Part shown: piece by piece, positions 15,040 through 24,162 of the stretch
Layout: each line of letters begins with the position of its first letter
Position numbering within the stretch: the first letter of the stretch is position 1
DNA from: a virus
Lineage: Duplodnaviria > Caudoviricetes
IMG/VR virus record: IMGVR_UViG_3300017965_000073
Span: 1 to 24,586 of that record
Strand: one strand, 5' to 3'
DNA length: 24,586 bases
Made by a program: the position numbers and the translations under genes
The notes under the pieces: model-generated
Told to the model about the DNA's origin: nothing
Seen by the model: only the letters and a program-made list of their open reading frames with translations
The model's database searches: none

Positions 15040-15681
15040 ATGCCGTCAGAGATGTACCTTCAACTGCTCCAGGATGCTGCCGATCTGCACAAGCGTAAGT
15101 CGGCTGGTTATGTTGGGCAGACGAATCCGGACCCGTGGGCGAACTTCCGGGAAAGCGAACGGATCGGCGTTCCGGCATGGCAGGGTGCCCTCATCCGGAT
15201 GGGGGATAAGTACCAGCGCATTCTGACCCTCGCGAAGGACGCCTCGAATGATCAGGTCGGAGAGTCAATCCAGGACACTCTCCTCGACCTTTCGGCATAT
15301 GCCCTGATTGTGCTGTGCCTTCTTCGAGGCGACGGTGTCGCCCCTTCCGACCGCGAACTGGCATTGACTGCGATGCAGTCACTCCTCAAGCGGCTCGAGT
15401 ACGACGGGCTGCTCACTGCCATCAACACAGCGGAGGCCGAGATCCTGATAGACAGGGCGCTTACCTCACCTGTAGTTCAGTGTGCGATGTCCGCTCCGCA
15501 CGCACCTCATGGGAACGTCGGTCTCCAACGAGGCGATTGCCCCGGGATTTCGGTAGCGGAAGGGCCTGGTCCGTTCAGGACAGTTCTGCCTCTCCAGGCC
15601 GAAGTGTCGCCGGAAACGATGGCGCGCGAGCAGGCCCGTCGCGGCCAAGTTGCCGGCGAAGAAACTGCAGCAGCCATCTGA
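15040..15681 (+). CDS. Nucleotide-modification-associated (Nmad1/DUF1599-like) alpha-helical protein
   Basis: KRKSAGY..DPWANF ... IRMGDKYQRI ... ESIQDTLLDLSAYALI. Confidence 0.7.
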   Translation: MPSEMYLQLLQDAADLHKRKSAGYVGQTNPDPWANFRESERIGVPAWQGALIRMGDKYQRILTLAKDASNDQVGESIQDTLLDLSAYALIVLCLLRGDGVAPSDRELALTAMQSLLKRLEYDGLLTAINTAEAEILIDRALTSPVVQCAMSAPHAPHGNVGLQRGDCPGISVAEGPGPFRTVLPLQAEVSPETMAREQARRGQVAGEETAAAI

Positions 15682-15974
15682 TGAAGACCGCTACGTACCC
15701 CCTACTCGCAGGAGGTCAGGTCGTTATCGAGTACGACGAGAAGGCCCCTTGTATTGGGTGCGGACTACCCGTAGTAGAAGCATCAATGGGGGGCACTGCC
15801 TTGTGTCCGTGGTGCGACACCGGAAAGAACCGAGACGGGACTCCCATCGAGTACCGTATGCGAGAAGCTACCGTAGACGAGTTGGCAGCAGGTAAGGGCA
15901 GCGTCGTCTTCGACAATGCCTATAAAGCAACGATCGAGGAGTACGCGGCCGCGCTTGCGGGCTTGCCTTCCTAA
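15681..15974 (+). CDS. Small zinc-ribbon protein
   Basis: ATG overlaps the upstream TGA; CIGC...CPWC. Confidence 0.7.
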   Translation: MKTATYPLLAGGQVVIEYDEKAPCIGCGLPVVEASMGGTALCPWCDTGKNRDGTPIEYRMREATVDELAAGKGSVVFDNAYKATIEEYAAALAGLPS

Positions 15975-15991
15975 GGGATCTGTGTTATAAT
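15963..15991 (+). promoter_or_regulatory. Sigma70-type promoter with extended -10
   Basis: TTGCCT (15963-15968), 17-nt spacer, TGn-TATAAT (15986-15991); ATG follows at 15998. Confidence 0.8.
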
Positions 15992-15997
15992 ATAGTC

Positions 15998-16234
15998 ATG
16001 GTAGAACAACAGCAGGACGAACCAAGACCGCTTGAGAGTTACGGGTACAAGGCGGAGCCGTGGCTCCTGGATAAGGAAGTAATCGCCCGTGCCGAGGAGG
16101 AGCACAGTAAGTGCGAAGCCCGGTGGTTACGTCGAGGGTTGAAGAACCCGCGGTTGCACAAGAAGACCATCTCCCATCCGATCGATGCGCATCTACCTCC
16201 GGATCTGAAGTATAGGCGGAAGCACTTCCGATGA
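15998..16234 (+). CDS. Hypothetical protein, probably leaderless
   Basis: ATG 6 nt after the -10 box, no SD; ATGA coupling to the next gene. Confidence 0.65.
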   Translation: MVEQQQDEPRPLESYGYKAEPWLLDKEVIARAEEEHSKCEARWLRRGLKNPRLHKKTISHPIDAHLPPDLKYRRKHFR

Positions 16235-16455
16235 AAGTCCGAATTGTGGTCGACGACCGGGTTAACTGGGCCCGGAATAATCGGGCAGAGCCGGATCCGG
16301 TGCTGCCGAACACGACGATCAGTGACTGGCAGGGACCGCTCCCGCAGAGGGGAGATCCGTTTGATTACCGTGGGGAGTCGCTTTCGGTGCAGAGGGTCTT
16401 GTGGGAGCTGGGTGAAGGGGCCGTTACCCCCCAAGTCGTGCTTCGTCTCCGATGA
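16231..16455 (+). CDS. Hypothetical protein
   Basis: ATGA overlaps at both ends. Confidence 0.65.
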   Translation: MKVRIVVDDRVNWARNNRAEPDPVLPNTTISDWQGPLPQRGDPFDYRGESLSVQRVLWELGEGAVTPQVVLRLR

Positions 16456-17093
16456 GCCTCAAGGACCTGAAGAACGGACCTATTTCGGACTCGTACAGCC
16501 CGCCGAATCTTACTCCCATCCGACCCTTCGGTGATCCGTGGAAGCGGGTTCCGGAGGGGACGATCTACCTGTTCAGCATGTCGCAGTCGGTCGACATGTA
16601 CCACTGGCAGTCATTGAAGGACCCCTCCGATTTCCGAGAGCATATCCTGAAGCACCTGGAGCAAGTGTTCTCAGAGACGTTCACCCGGACGGCGCTGTCG
16701 GCAGAGGCCGCACCTCTGCACCCGATGATTACCAGTCCCGTAACTCGTTCGGAATTCGATAGCGTCAGGCATGCATCGCGCCGTACAGGGCACGAAAGCT
16801 ACTCCTATATGCCGTCGATGCCGTCTGGTCCTGACCGTGAGCGGGCTGCATACAACCTGGCCCAGTCCCGCGGAGCCCCGATGCGGGTGTTCGTGATGGA
16901 AGCCAAGGTCTTTGTCCCCGCTACTATTAACCCAGTACAGGTCAGTACAGCTGCCGGGGTTCTCGAGGGCATTGTTGTCCCTAGAGACGCTTACACCGCC
17001 CCTGATAGGATCTACGACGAGTATTCGAGGATGCCGTACCCAGAGGACTACTGGGACTTCAAGGGTAGTGGAGACACTGATGACGTCAGGTAA
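16452..17093 (+). CDS. Hypothetical protein
   Basis: 213-aa ORF coupled to its neighbours. Confidence 0.7.
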   Translation: MSLKDLKNGPISDSYSPPNLTPIRPFGDPWKRVPEGTIYLFSMSQSVDMYHWQSLKDPSDFREHILKHLEQVFSETFTRTALSAEAAPLHPMITSPVTRSEFDSVRHASRRTGHESYSYMPSMPSGPDRERAAYNLAQSRGAPMRVFVMEAKVFVPATINPVQVSTAAGVLEGIVVPRDAYTAPDRIYDEYSRMPYPEDYWDFKGSGDTDDVR

Positions 17094-17916
17094 GTTTGCT
17101 CCTGTTGCGAACCTTCCCGTTTATGAGATGCTCGCGGAGTCAGGGGATCTCGGGTCCTACCATCTCCTCATTGCCTCTGAGGTGCTTAAGGCCCCAAAGG
17201 CATGGGGGGCCTTTTGGACTCGACGTTCGTTGATCGATGGGGAGCCAGTGTTCACGATCATGGATAATGCCCTGATCGAACTTGGGTACCCGTTGGAGTC
17301 CACACAACTCGTGGCAGCTGCTGCCGCAGTTATGGCGTCGTGTATTGTTCTTCCTGACGTCCTCGGGGATGCCAAGGAAACGATGCAGCTTGCGGGCAAG
17401 GCGCTGGACGATGCGGTTCTTCGGGGATCAGGGTTCCCTTTGATGGGTGTGGTTCAGGGGACAACGCTTCTTGAGGTTGACACGACCGTTCGGTTCTACA
17501 TGAACGCCGGTGTCGAGTACCTCTCGGTTCCTCGGGTGATGACGGATATCTTTGGGTCTCGGGTCGAACTTACAAAGAGGGTTTGGGATTGGGCTTACAA
17601 GCCTATCCATCTTTTGGGGTTCTCCAACGACCTTCATGACGACATGGTTGCAGCGGTCCAAGATGGGGTTATGGGGATTGACTCCGCAGTTCCCCTCTGG
17701 GCCGGAATGGAAGATCACCGCCTCGACGAGATCACGGCGATGTCCAAGCGACCCAAGAACTACTGGGATCGCGTTCCGGTCACCGACAAGCAGTTCCTCG
17801 TCATGCTGGAGAACGTTCGGCTGACGCGGTCTCTGATCAACCAAGCCCGCATCAACCGCAAGAAGGCGACTCTCGAAACCCGGATGCAGGCCTCACGGCC
17901 TAAGGGTTCCAAGTAG
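17080..17916 (+). CDS. tRNA-guanine transglycosylase-like TIM-barrel protein, candidate DpdA-type DNA 7-deazaguanine insertase
   Basis: Motif order IMDNA..ELG, VLPDV, VVQG, IHLLG, GIDS matches the TGT/DpdA fold; same arm as folE/queDEC and next to the DNA polymerase. Confidence 0.65.
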   Translation: MTSGKFAPVANLPVYEMLAESGDLGSYHLLIASEVLKAPKAWGAFWTRRSLIDGEPVFTIMDNALIELGYPLESTQLVAAAAAVMASCIVLPDVLGDAKETMQLAGKALDDAVLRGSGFPLMGVVQGTTLLEVDTTVRFYMNAGVEYLSVPRVMTDIFGSRVELTKRVWDWAYKPIHLLGFSNDLHDDMVAAVQDGVMGIDSAVPLWAGMEDHRLDEITAMSKRPKNYWDRVPVTDKQFLVMLENVRLTRSLINQARINRKKATLETRMQASRPKGSK

Positions 17917-20453
17917 TGGCTGTTGTTAACCCGTTCCGGGCCTGCGAGGGCTGTCCCTACGGCGGACGGGTTGCTGGTACGCGCGGACCAGAGAATGCGA
18001 GGGTGTGCGTTGTCGGAGAAGCCCCCGGAGCCAACGAGCTCCGCGACGGCATCCCCTTCATCGGAGAAGCCGGACAGCTCCTTGCCAAGAGTCTTGCGCG
18101 CATCGGGGTCGATCACGAGCAGGTCTTCATCACAAACGCCCTTCGGTGCCGACCACCCGTGGGAAAGCCACCTGGACCGGGTCCAATCAACGCCTGTAAG
18201 CCTCGCCTACTTGAAGAGGTTACGCGACATCCTCGGGACCTCGTCCTGGCGCTTGGCAATACGGCACTCCGCTCGCTTACAGGCAACCTTACTGCGAAGA
18301 TCACCCAGGAACGAGGACGACTCCGAGACGTAACCCTAAACGGAACAGTCCCTACGACCATCATTAAGGTCGCCCCAACATACCATCCAGCACTCATTCT
18401 CCGATCGCCCGGAGAGATGCCGAAGTTCATGGAAGACCTGAAGTACTTCTTCAAGGTCCTCGAAGGACAAGGGCCAGTCAAAGATCCAGGCGCCGTAACG
18501 TTCACCGTACCCAAGTGGGAGGAGATTCCGGACGCGGTTGATTACCTCCTCGGGTTCGAAACGCTGGCGTGCGACATTGAGACCTCCGGGTTCAACCCCC
18601 GCTCCAATGACATCCTGTGTATCGGGGTGGCCGGGGAGAAGAACAAGGTCGTCATCTTCGAGGACGCCGTTCTACACCACCCGGATTTTGTTAGGCTGTA
18701 TTCGGACCCAGGTCCAAGATGGGTCTACTGGAACGGCAAGTTCGACGCGGCGTACATCCGACAGCTGCTCAACTCCATCGAGCAGACGCGCGTCGACGCT
18801 GGGGCGCCAAAACCTACCATCGTAGCTAGCTACCTTAGGCAGTCGTCCGGACTGCTGAAGATGGTAACGGAGAAGAGGATCCACACCCTCTACGAGGGGG
18901 ATGGCGGGATCTCTCCAGTCCGGGTGGATGAGGACGGGATGCTCATTCACTATATGCTGAGTGAGGGAAACCGCGAGCCGCATGGCTTAAAGGACGTCGC
19001 TGCGGACCTCTTAGGGGCCGATCCGGACTACGACAAGGTCGTCAAGTCGTACGCCCCGAAGATGACAGATTCGTTCGCAAGCGTTCCCCGTGACATTCTC
19101 TACCTGTACGCCGCGAAGGACGTTGACCATACCTTCCAAGCATACCAGATCCTGAAGCCGCGGCTGATGAAGCGTGGTCGGATGCACTGGGCGTACGAAA
19201 ACATCCTGATTCCAGCATCGGCTATGCTCCAGGATGTTGAACGGTACGGCGTATGGGTTCATAAGCCAACCGTGGCCAAGTTGTCGAAGGAACTCGAGGA
19301 AGAGCTCGGCAAACGTCAGGCAATCCTCCGTAAGGTGGCCGAAGACGGACTTTGGGACCCGAAGGACTACGCGAAGTGGAAAGGGCCCAGTGCGAAGGTA
19401 CCGAAGGAGTTCAATCCTGGTTCCTCGTACCAGCTCCTGTACATCTTCGAGCAGCTGGGGATAACTCCTCGTGATCCAAGAACCCGTAAGGTCTCATCCA
19501 ATGAACCGGCTCTCAAGGAGCTTCCTTCGTCCCCCTTCGTGGACGCACTCCGGGCTGCGCGTAAGGCCGCCAAGATGCTCTCCACCTATGTGGATGGCGT
19601 CTGGAATGTCATTGACCCCGGAGATGGCCGCGTTCACTCGACGTACCTGCTTCATGGCACCGCGACTGGTCGTCTATCGAGCCGGAACCCTAACATGCAG
19701 AACATCCCACGGGATGCGCGCATACGTGATATGTTCCAGGCTCCTCCTGGAAGACTTCTTGTGGAGTTGGACTACAGACAGGTTGAGCTACGCGTTCTGG
19801 CCTACCTCAGCGGAGATCCTGGCCTCCGTCGAATCTATGACGAGGGCCGAGACCTACACGACGAGGTTTCGAAGCAGCTATTTCCTGGGTGGGAGTCCTA
19901 CAAGGACACCGTCCTTGGCAAGGAGCAGCGCGTAAGGGCCAAGTTCGTAAACTTCGGCATCGCGTACGGCAGGGGCGCCGAATCCCTCGCTGCCGAGTTC
20001 AAGATGGGCCGACCAGAAGCGAAGCACATGATCGACCGGTGGTGGGCCGCATTTCCTCAGGCCCAACGGTTCGTTCAGAAGATGCGCGGGAACTCTCGTT
20101 CGGGGGTACCTATCGAAACCCCGTTTGGTCGTCGACGACGATTCTCTCTGATCACCACGTCTAACCAAAATGCCCTCGAGAACGAGGCAATCAACTTCCC
20201 GATTCAGTCCACGGCATCCGATCTGACCCTACTGTCCGCGATCGACCTGCATCCACGACTTATTCCCCTCGACGCCCATATCATCAACCTCGTCCACGAC
20301 AGCATCCTCATCGAGTGCGATCCCGGAAGTGCAGATCAGGTAGTTGCATTGGCCAGGCAGATAATGCTTGACACTCCCGCGTACTACCTTTCAACTGACT
20401 TCCCCTTCGAAGTCAGTCATGCTGTCGCAGCGTCGTGGGGTCAACTTAAGTAA
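17916..20453 (+). CDS. polA: Family A DNA polymerase with N-terminal family-4 uracil-DNA glycosylase-like domain and 3'-5' exonuclease
   Basis: UDG: CEGC, VGEAPG..E, PFIG, NALRCRPP, HPA; exonuclease: DIETSG, NGKFD, YAAKD; polymerase: TGRLSS.NPNMQNIP, DYRQVELR, RAKFVNFGIAYG, VHDS. Confidence 0.95.
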   Translation: MAVVNPFRACEGCPYGGRVAGTRGPENARVCVVGEAPGANELRDGIPFIGEAGQLLAKSLARIGVDHEQVFITNALRCRPPVGKPPGPGPINACKPRLLEEVTRHPRDLVLALGNTALRSLTGNLTAKITQERGRLRDVTLNGTVPTTIIKVAPTYHPALILRSPGEMPKFMEDLKYFFKVLEGQGPVKDPGAVTFTVPKWEEIPDAVDYLLGFETLACDIETSGFNPRSNDILCIGVAGEKNKVVIFEDAVLHHPDFVRLYSDPGPRWVYWNGKFDAAYIRQLLNSIEQTRVDAGAPKPTIVASYLRQSSGLLKMVTEKRIHTLYEGDGGISPVRVDEDGMLIHYMLSEGNREPHGLKDVAADLLGADPDYDKVVKSYAPKMTDSFASVPRDILYLYAAKDVDHTFQAYQILKPRLMKRGRMHWAYENILIPASAMLQDVERYGVWVHKPTVAKLSKELEEELGKRQAILRKVAEDGLWDPKDYAKWKGPSAKVPKEFNPGSSYQLLYIFEQLGITPRDPRTRKVSSNEPALKELPSSPFVDALRAARKAAKMLSTYVDGVWNVIDPGDGRVHSTYLLHGTATGRLSSRNPNMQNIPRDARIRDMFQAPPGRLLVELDYRQVELRVLAYLSGDPGLRRIYDEGRDLHDEVSKQLFPGWESYKDTVLGKEQRVRAKFVNFGIAYGRGAESLAAEFKMGRPEAKHMIDRWWAAFPQAQRFVQKMRGNSRSGVPIETPFGRRRRFSLITTSNQNALENEAINFPIQSTASDLTLLSAIDLHPRLIPLDAHIINLVHDSILIECDPGSADQVVALARQIMLDTPAYYLSTDFPFEVSHAVAASWGQLK

Positions 20454-20848
20454 TGGCAGGGATTGAACGTGCTACGTCGGGAACAGGAGAGTCGGACGCC
20501 GCACCGAAGGGCATCGACTACACCCGGAGTAAGGCAGTCCAGAAGGTAAAGGGACTGCCGCGGAACAACAACGTCCGGATCCGGGTGTGTATCTACAAGT
20601 GCCGCTTCTGCCTGTCCTTCACAACAACAGGACTTACGTCGGCATGGGTACATACGATGATTCATGGTCCGTGGGAGTCGATGGGCTCACAGGCGCATGC
20701 CGAGATGAATGCGAAGCCCCCGCCTGCTCCTCGGGGGCGCCCACCTCTGTCCTCAGTTAGGTCTGCGGAACCAAACCGTTCTGGCCATCGAATCGGATCC
20801 CCTCAGCGCGTCGGCTCGAAGTTCCGTAATAACTCCAGCCGTGGATGA
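20453..20848 (+). CDS. Hypothetical protein with C2H2-like motif (CRFC...H...H)
   Basis: ATG overlaps the polymerase TAA. Confidence 0.5.
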   Translation: MAGIERATSGTGESDAAPKGIDYTRSKAVQKVKGLPRNNNVRIRVCIYKCRFCLSFTTTGLTSAWVHTMIHGPWESMGSQAHAEMNAKPPPAPRGRPPLSSVRSAEPNRSGHRIGSPQRVGSKFRNNSSRG

Positions 20849-21425
20849 TCGTCCGCACAGACCAGTAACCCACGGAGTCAAGGGTGTCCGGTGTAAGTGC
20901 GGAGGCCCGTTAGAGTGGAACCCCTTACAACGCCGCTATAGGTGTGTTTGGCAGCGCGAGGAACGGGGTCAGCCTGCTCCCCCCGCCTCCTTCGTGGGAC
21001 ACCCCCCTCGTCCCCTCGTACATCCGCGAATCCCTGCAGACCCTACTAAGCAATCCCACCGGATGATGCTAACTGGAAGGTGTAACTGTGGTGTGGCTGG
21101 GGTAGAAAACTGGAACCAGAATGGTAGACTAGTCTGCCCCGTAGCTAATCCTCGGGCGCTCTATTCACACGTACCGAAACTCGTATGCGGACGGTGTGGA
21201 TTCGTACCGGAAGATCCGTGTCAACTAGACATTGACCATATCAACGGTCGGCATGCTGACAACCGTCCGGAAAACCTACAGGTACTCTGTGCGAACTGTC
21301 ATCGACTAGTAAGCCGGAAGTGGGGACGGGGGCCCCACCCGCGTTTTTCGCTGAGCGCTGACTCTCTGGCGAAACTGCCCCCTGCCCTACGTGAAGTCCT
21401 CGGTGACCTCACATTGGGGACTTAG
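20841..21425 (+). CDS. HNH endonuclease with repeated Cys-rich N-terminal modules
   Basis: CGRCG...LDIDHING.HADNRPENLQVLCANCH; two CxCG...C repeats; start GTG 20841 inferred. Confidence 0.8.
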   Translation: MDDRPHRPVTHGVKGVRCKCGGPLEWNPLQRRYRCVWQREERGQPAPPASFVGHPPRPLVHPRIPADPTKQSHRMMLTGRCNCGVAGVENWNQNGRLVCPVANPRALYSHVPKLVCGRCGFVPEDPCQLDIDHINGRHADNRPENLQVLCANCHRLVSRKWGRGPHPRFSLSADSLAKLPPALREVLGDLTLGT

Positions 21426-21501
21426 GTGAAGTTCACGAGGTCTGGCGCCAGGAACATCTCAATGCCAAAGCTAAGTAAGAGCTTTGCGCATAGCGCTTTA
21501 G

Positions 21502-21966
21502 TCAAGAGTTTCCGTCCTGTGGTGAGCGGGGACTGCCTTCCTCGTCGTGGTCGCGGTCTTCCTGGGCGTGGACGAGGTCCTGCTCATCCCGGATGCGCGT
21601 GTCGCGTTCAACAACTGCTGCCAGTGCGATGCGCTCAGCCTCAAGGCGCCGCTTAAGGCGCTTTTCTTCGACGGTCTCGTCCTGTGATCCCTTCATCTCG
21701 AAGAACAGCTGGGTGCCGATGATAAGCGCCCAGCCGATAAGTGGGGCTACCAGGAGAACACGCAGCAGGTCGCGGTCGACGCCAGTGAGGTATGCGGCCG
21801 ACAGGTTCAGGGAGTAGAAGACGAACCAAATGTATCCCTGTAGCCGTGCTGGAGCGTACCTATAGCGCCAAGCCCTGTAGGCGCACGCAGACCACACGAT
21901 CAGGTTCAGGAGTGAGAAGAACCCCAGTGGGGTCCTGAGTTGCTGTCCCAGGGTGTCAAGGTCCAT
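21502..21966 (-). CDS. Membrane protein with about three TM helices and a charged coiled-coil tail (holin-like?)
   Basis: Three hydrophobic segments followed by an E/R/D-rich tail; SD GGAGGAG. Confidence 0.7.
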   Translation of the reverse strand: MDLDTLGQQLRTPLGFFSLLNLIVWSACAYRAWRYRYAPARLQGYIWFVFYSLNLSAAYLTGVDRDLLRVLLVAPLIGWALIIGTQLFFEMKGSQDETVEEKRLKRRLEAERIALAAVVERDTRIRDEQDLVHAQEDRDHDEEGSPRSPQDGNS

Positions 21967-21984
21967 CCGTACTCCTCCGCTGCA

Positions 21985-23067
21985 TCAGGGGACTGTCGCC
22001 AGACGTTCCCAGGCCGTGTCGGCTGCCCCCACCTTGATGTAGATCCGTCCGTCGTCCGTGTCAGCTCGGCAAAGGTAGAGCGATCCGGGAGGCGCAGCGA
22101 CTCCAGCGCCACCATCAGGCGGATCGAACCCTCCGGTGATCCTGGGAGCCGCAGACGCGGTCGTGAACAGCTTGGGGATGATGCCCACGGCACCACCGGG
22201 CCCGTCCTGGCCGACGAACGCCGTCTGCGCGATCGACGCCGTTCCGTTGACATCGACCTGCATCGGGCCGATCGTCAGGCCGTCCTCGCCCGCGCTCACG
22301 ACGGTGTGGAGCAGATTGCCGTCCGCGTCGTAGGAGAAGATCGTGACGCGGCCGCCACCGTCGAGCCCGATGTACCCGCGGAGGTTCCCAGCGGGGTCGT
22401 ACATGTAGACCTTGCCGGCCGGGGCGGTCTGGACCCACCCGACAGGGTCAAGTTCGAGAGCGGGGTTCCCTACCTTCGTGCCCTGGTGCGACACGTAGGT
22501 GTACTCGATCCCGGTCAGCGTGTCCCTGTATACCTGCCCGTCGACCCCTACGGGGGCGGGAGGTGATCCGACCTGGTCGCCGGTGATGCCGCTGTCAGGC
22601 GGGTCCTCGTACACCGACAGGGTACCGTCGGTCGTGTCCTCGACGATCGTGAACATCTCGACGTCCTCGATGCCGAGATCGTTGATGAAGATAATCCAGT
22701 GGGCGCCGTCCTCGGAGAGGGACCGACCAGCGGTCGGAGGCTCCGGCATTGTGTTCCCGGCCCCCACGGTAGACAGCGCGTTCAGCTCGTCGCAGACTTC
22801 CTGCGTCGTGGCGTCGAACGCAATCGGACCTGTCTCCTGCCCCCGGAAGGCTAGACGGAAGAAGCCTTCGGTCGGGTTGTTGTTGGCCTCGATGTCCCAG
22901 ATCGTATTGACGCCGTTAACCGGAGGCCCTTCCCCGGAAAGTAGAGGCGGGCCACTGCCACCCTCCTCGACAGCCTCGATCCGGTTTTCGAGTTCAACCA
23001 ATTCTGCGGCCATGCCTACTGAGAGCCCCTGGTTGGTATATCGGCGAAGCAGGATATCGTCGGTCAC
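21985..23067 (-). CDS. Putative virion/tail-associated protein (paralog A)
   Basis: Acidic Gly-rich, beta-type composition; GFFRLAFRGQETGPIAFDA domain; C-terminal APPGSLYL...IYIK...W motif typical of tail fibres. Confidence 0.7.
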   Translation of the reverse strand: MTDDILLRRYTNQGLSVGMAAELVELENRIEAVEEGGSGPPLLSGEGPPVNGVNTIWDIEANNNPTEGFFRLAFRGQETGPIAFDATTQEVCDELNALSTVGAGNTMPEPPTAGRSLSEDGAHWIIFINDLGIEDVEMFTIVEDTTDGTLSVYEDPPDSGITGDQVGSPPAPVGVDGQVYRDTLTGIEYTYVSHQGTKVGNPALELDPVGWVQTAPAGKVYMYDPAGNLRGYIGLDGGGRVTIFSYDADGNLLHTVVSAGEDGLTIGPMQVDVNGTASIAQTAFVGQDGPGGAVGIIPKLFTTASAAPRITGGFDPPDGGAGVAAPPGSLYLCRADTDDGRIYIKVGAADTAWERLATVP

Positions 23068-23105
23068 GTCAACTCCTACCTAATTCATATACGGTGCGGA
23101 GAGGG

Positions 23106-24152
23106 TCAAGTTAGAGCGACCTCACCCTCTACAACGTTACCGGATTCGTCCTTTGCCTTGATCATAAGCTTCGCCGACCCTTCGGTCGGGTCGAACCAGA
23201 GAGCCATCTCACCCGAGTTAAGGTCGCCATCAGCGGGGGCAGTAACCTGTCCGATCTTTACTGCTCCGCCAGGCAGTGCGGTGAAATAGGGACCGGCACC
23301 ATACCGGAGTCGCTGCTTGCCGATCGACAGGCCGATCTCCGATGTCTTGACCGTGCCCTCGTACTCCTTGAGGTCGAAGTCGACGAAGTCCTCGTCGGCG
23401 CTGATCGACGCGACGGTCTGGTTGAACTCGTTGGTCAGCCGGGCCGCGAACGCGTCGTCGACCGTGACTCGGCTCTTCTCGCTTCCGTCCTCGCGCCACG
23501 TGACCAGCGCCACCTCGCCACCGTCAGCAGTAGCCTCGGCCGACATCTGACCGTTCTCGTAGAAGTGTCCGACCGCATCCTGTGCCGCCCAGACCCCGAG
23601 CACCCGCGCCCAGACCACCCCAAAGTTGGAGTCCAGGTACAGCTCATCGACCGACGTAGCCTCTTCGCGAGGGCCGCCACCGACGCCGACGCCGCCGATT
23701 TCGACTCCCGGACTGCTACCTCCGGACAGTGAGTTGTTCGAGAGTGTCGGAAGGTTCTGAGCCGCCCCGGCAAGGGTACCTGTAAACGTACCGACTACTC
23801 GGCCGTCCGAAAACTCCCCCTGAATCTCGATGTTGCCAGCGCCGATGTTCGACAGTGGCTCAAACGCCGCCTGGATCGTAGCGTCGTCCGCGTCAAACGC
23901 AATGGGTGCTGTTTGCTGGCCGTTCCAGGTAAACCGAACTGTACCGTCTTCTGGGGCTCCGGTCATTAGCAAGTAGAACATTGCGTTGTAGGGCAGGGGC
24001 GGATCTTCTGCAGTGGTGACCTCCGGCCCCCCGCTCGGTTCTGCAGTTTCTACGACCTCCACCCGGTTTTCGATGGCCACCAACTCCTTGGCCATATCTA
24101 CGGTCAGGCCAAGGTTGATATACCGCTTAAGTAGAGTGGTGTCGTCAGCCAC
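23106..24152 (-). CDS. Putative virion/tail-associated protein (paralog B)
   Basis: Shares its N-terminus and the GTVRFTWNGQQTAPIAFDA domain with the neighbouring gene. Confidence 0.7.
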   Translation of the reverse strand: MADDTTLLKRYINLGLTVDMAKELVAIENRVEVVETAEPSGGPEVTTAEDPPLPYNAMFYLLMTGAPEDGTVRFTWNGQQTAPIAFDADDATIQAAFEPLSNIGAGNIEIQGEFSDGRVVGTFTGTLAGAAQNLPTLSNNSLSGGSSPGVEIGGVGVGGGPREEATSVDELYLDSNFGVVWARVLGVWAAQDAVGHFYENGQMSAEATADGGEVALVTWREDGSEKSRVTVDDAFAARLTNEFNQTVASISADEDFVDFDLKEYEGTVKTSEIGLSIGKQRLRYGAGPYFTALPGGAVKIGQVTAPADGDLNSGEMALWFDPTEGSAKLMIKAKDESGNVVEGEVALT

Positions 24153-24162
24153 TTTGTCCTCG

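Noticed and set aside
1325-20168. Numerous minus-strand ORFs opposite the + strand genes (and plus-strand ORFs such as 21940..22566 and 22499..23083 opposite the tail genes)
   Set aside because: Antisense shadows expected in high-GC coding DNA; no motifs or SDs
21426-21501. Bidirectional intrinsic terminator at the convergence point
   Set aside because: Only weak hairpins (AAAGCT/AGCTTT, GCGC/GCGC) and no convincing U-tract
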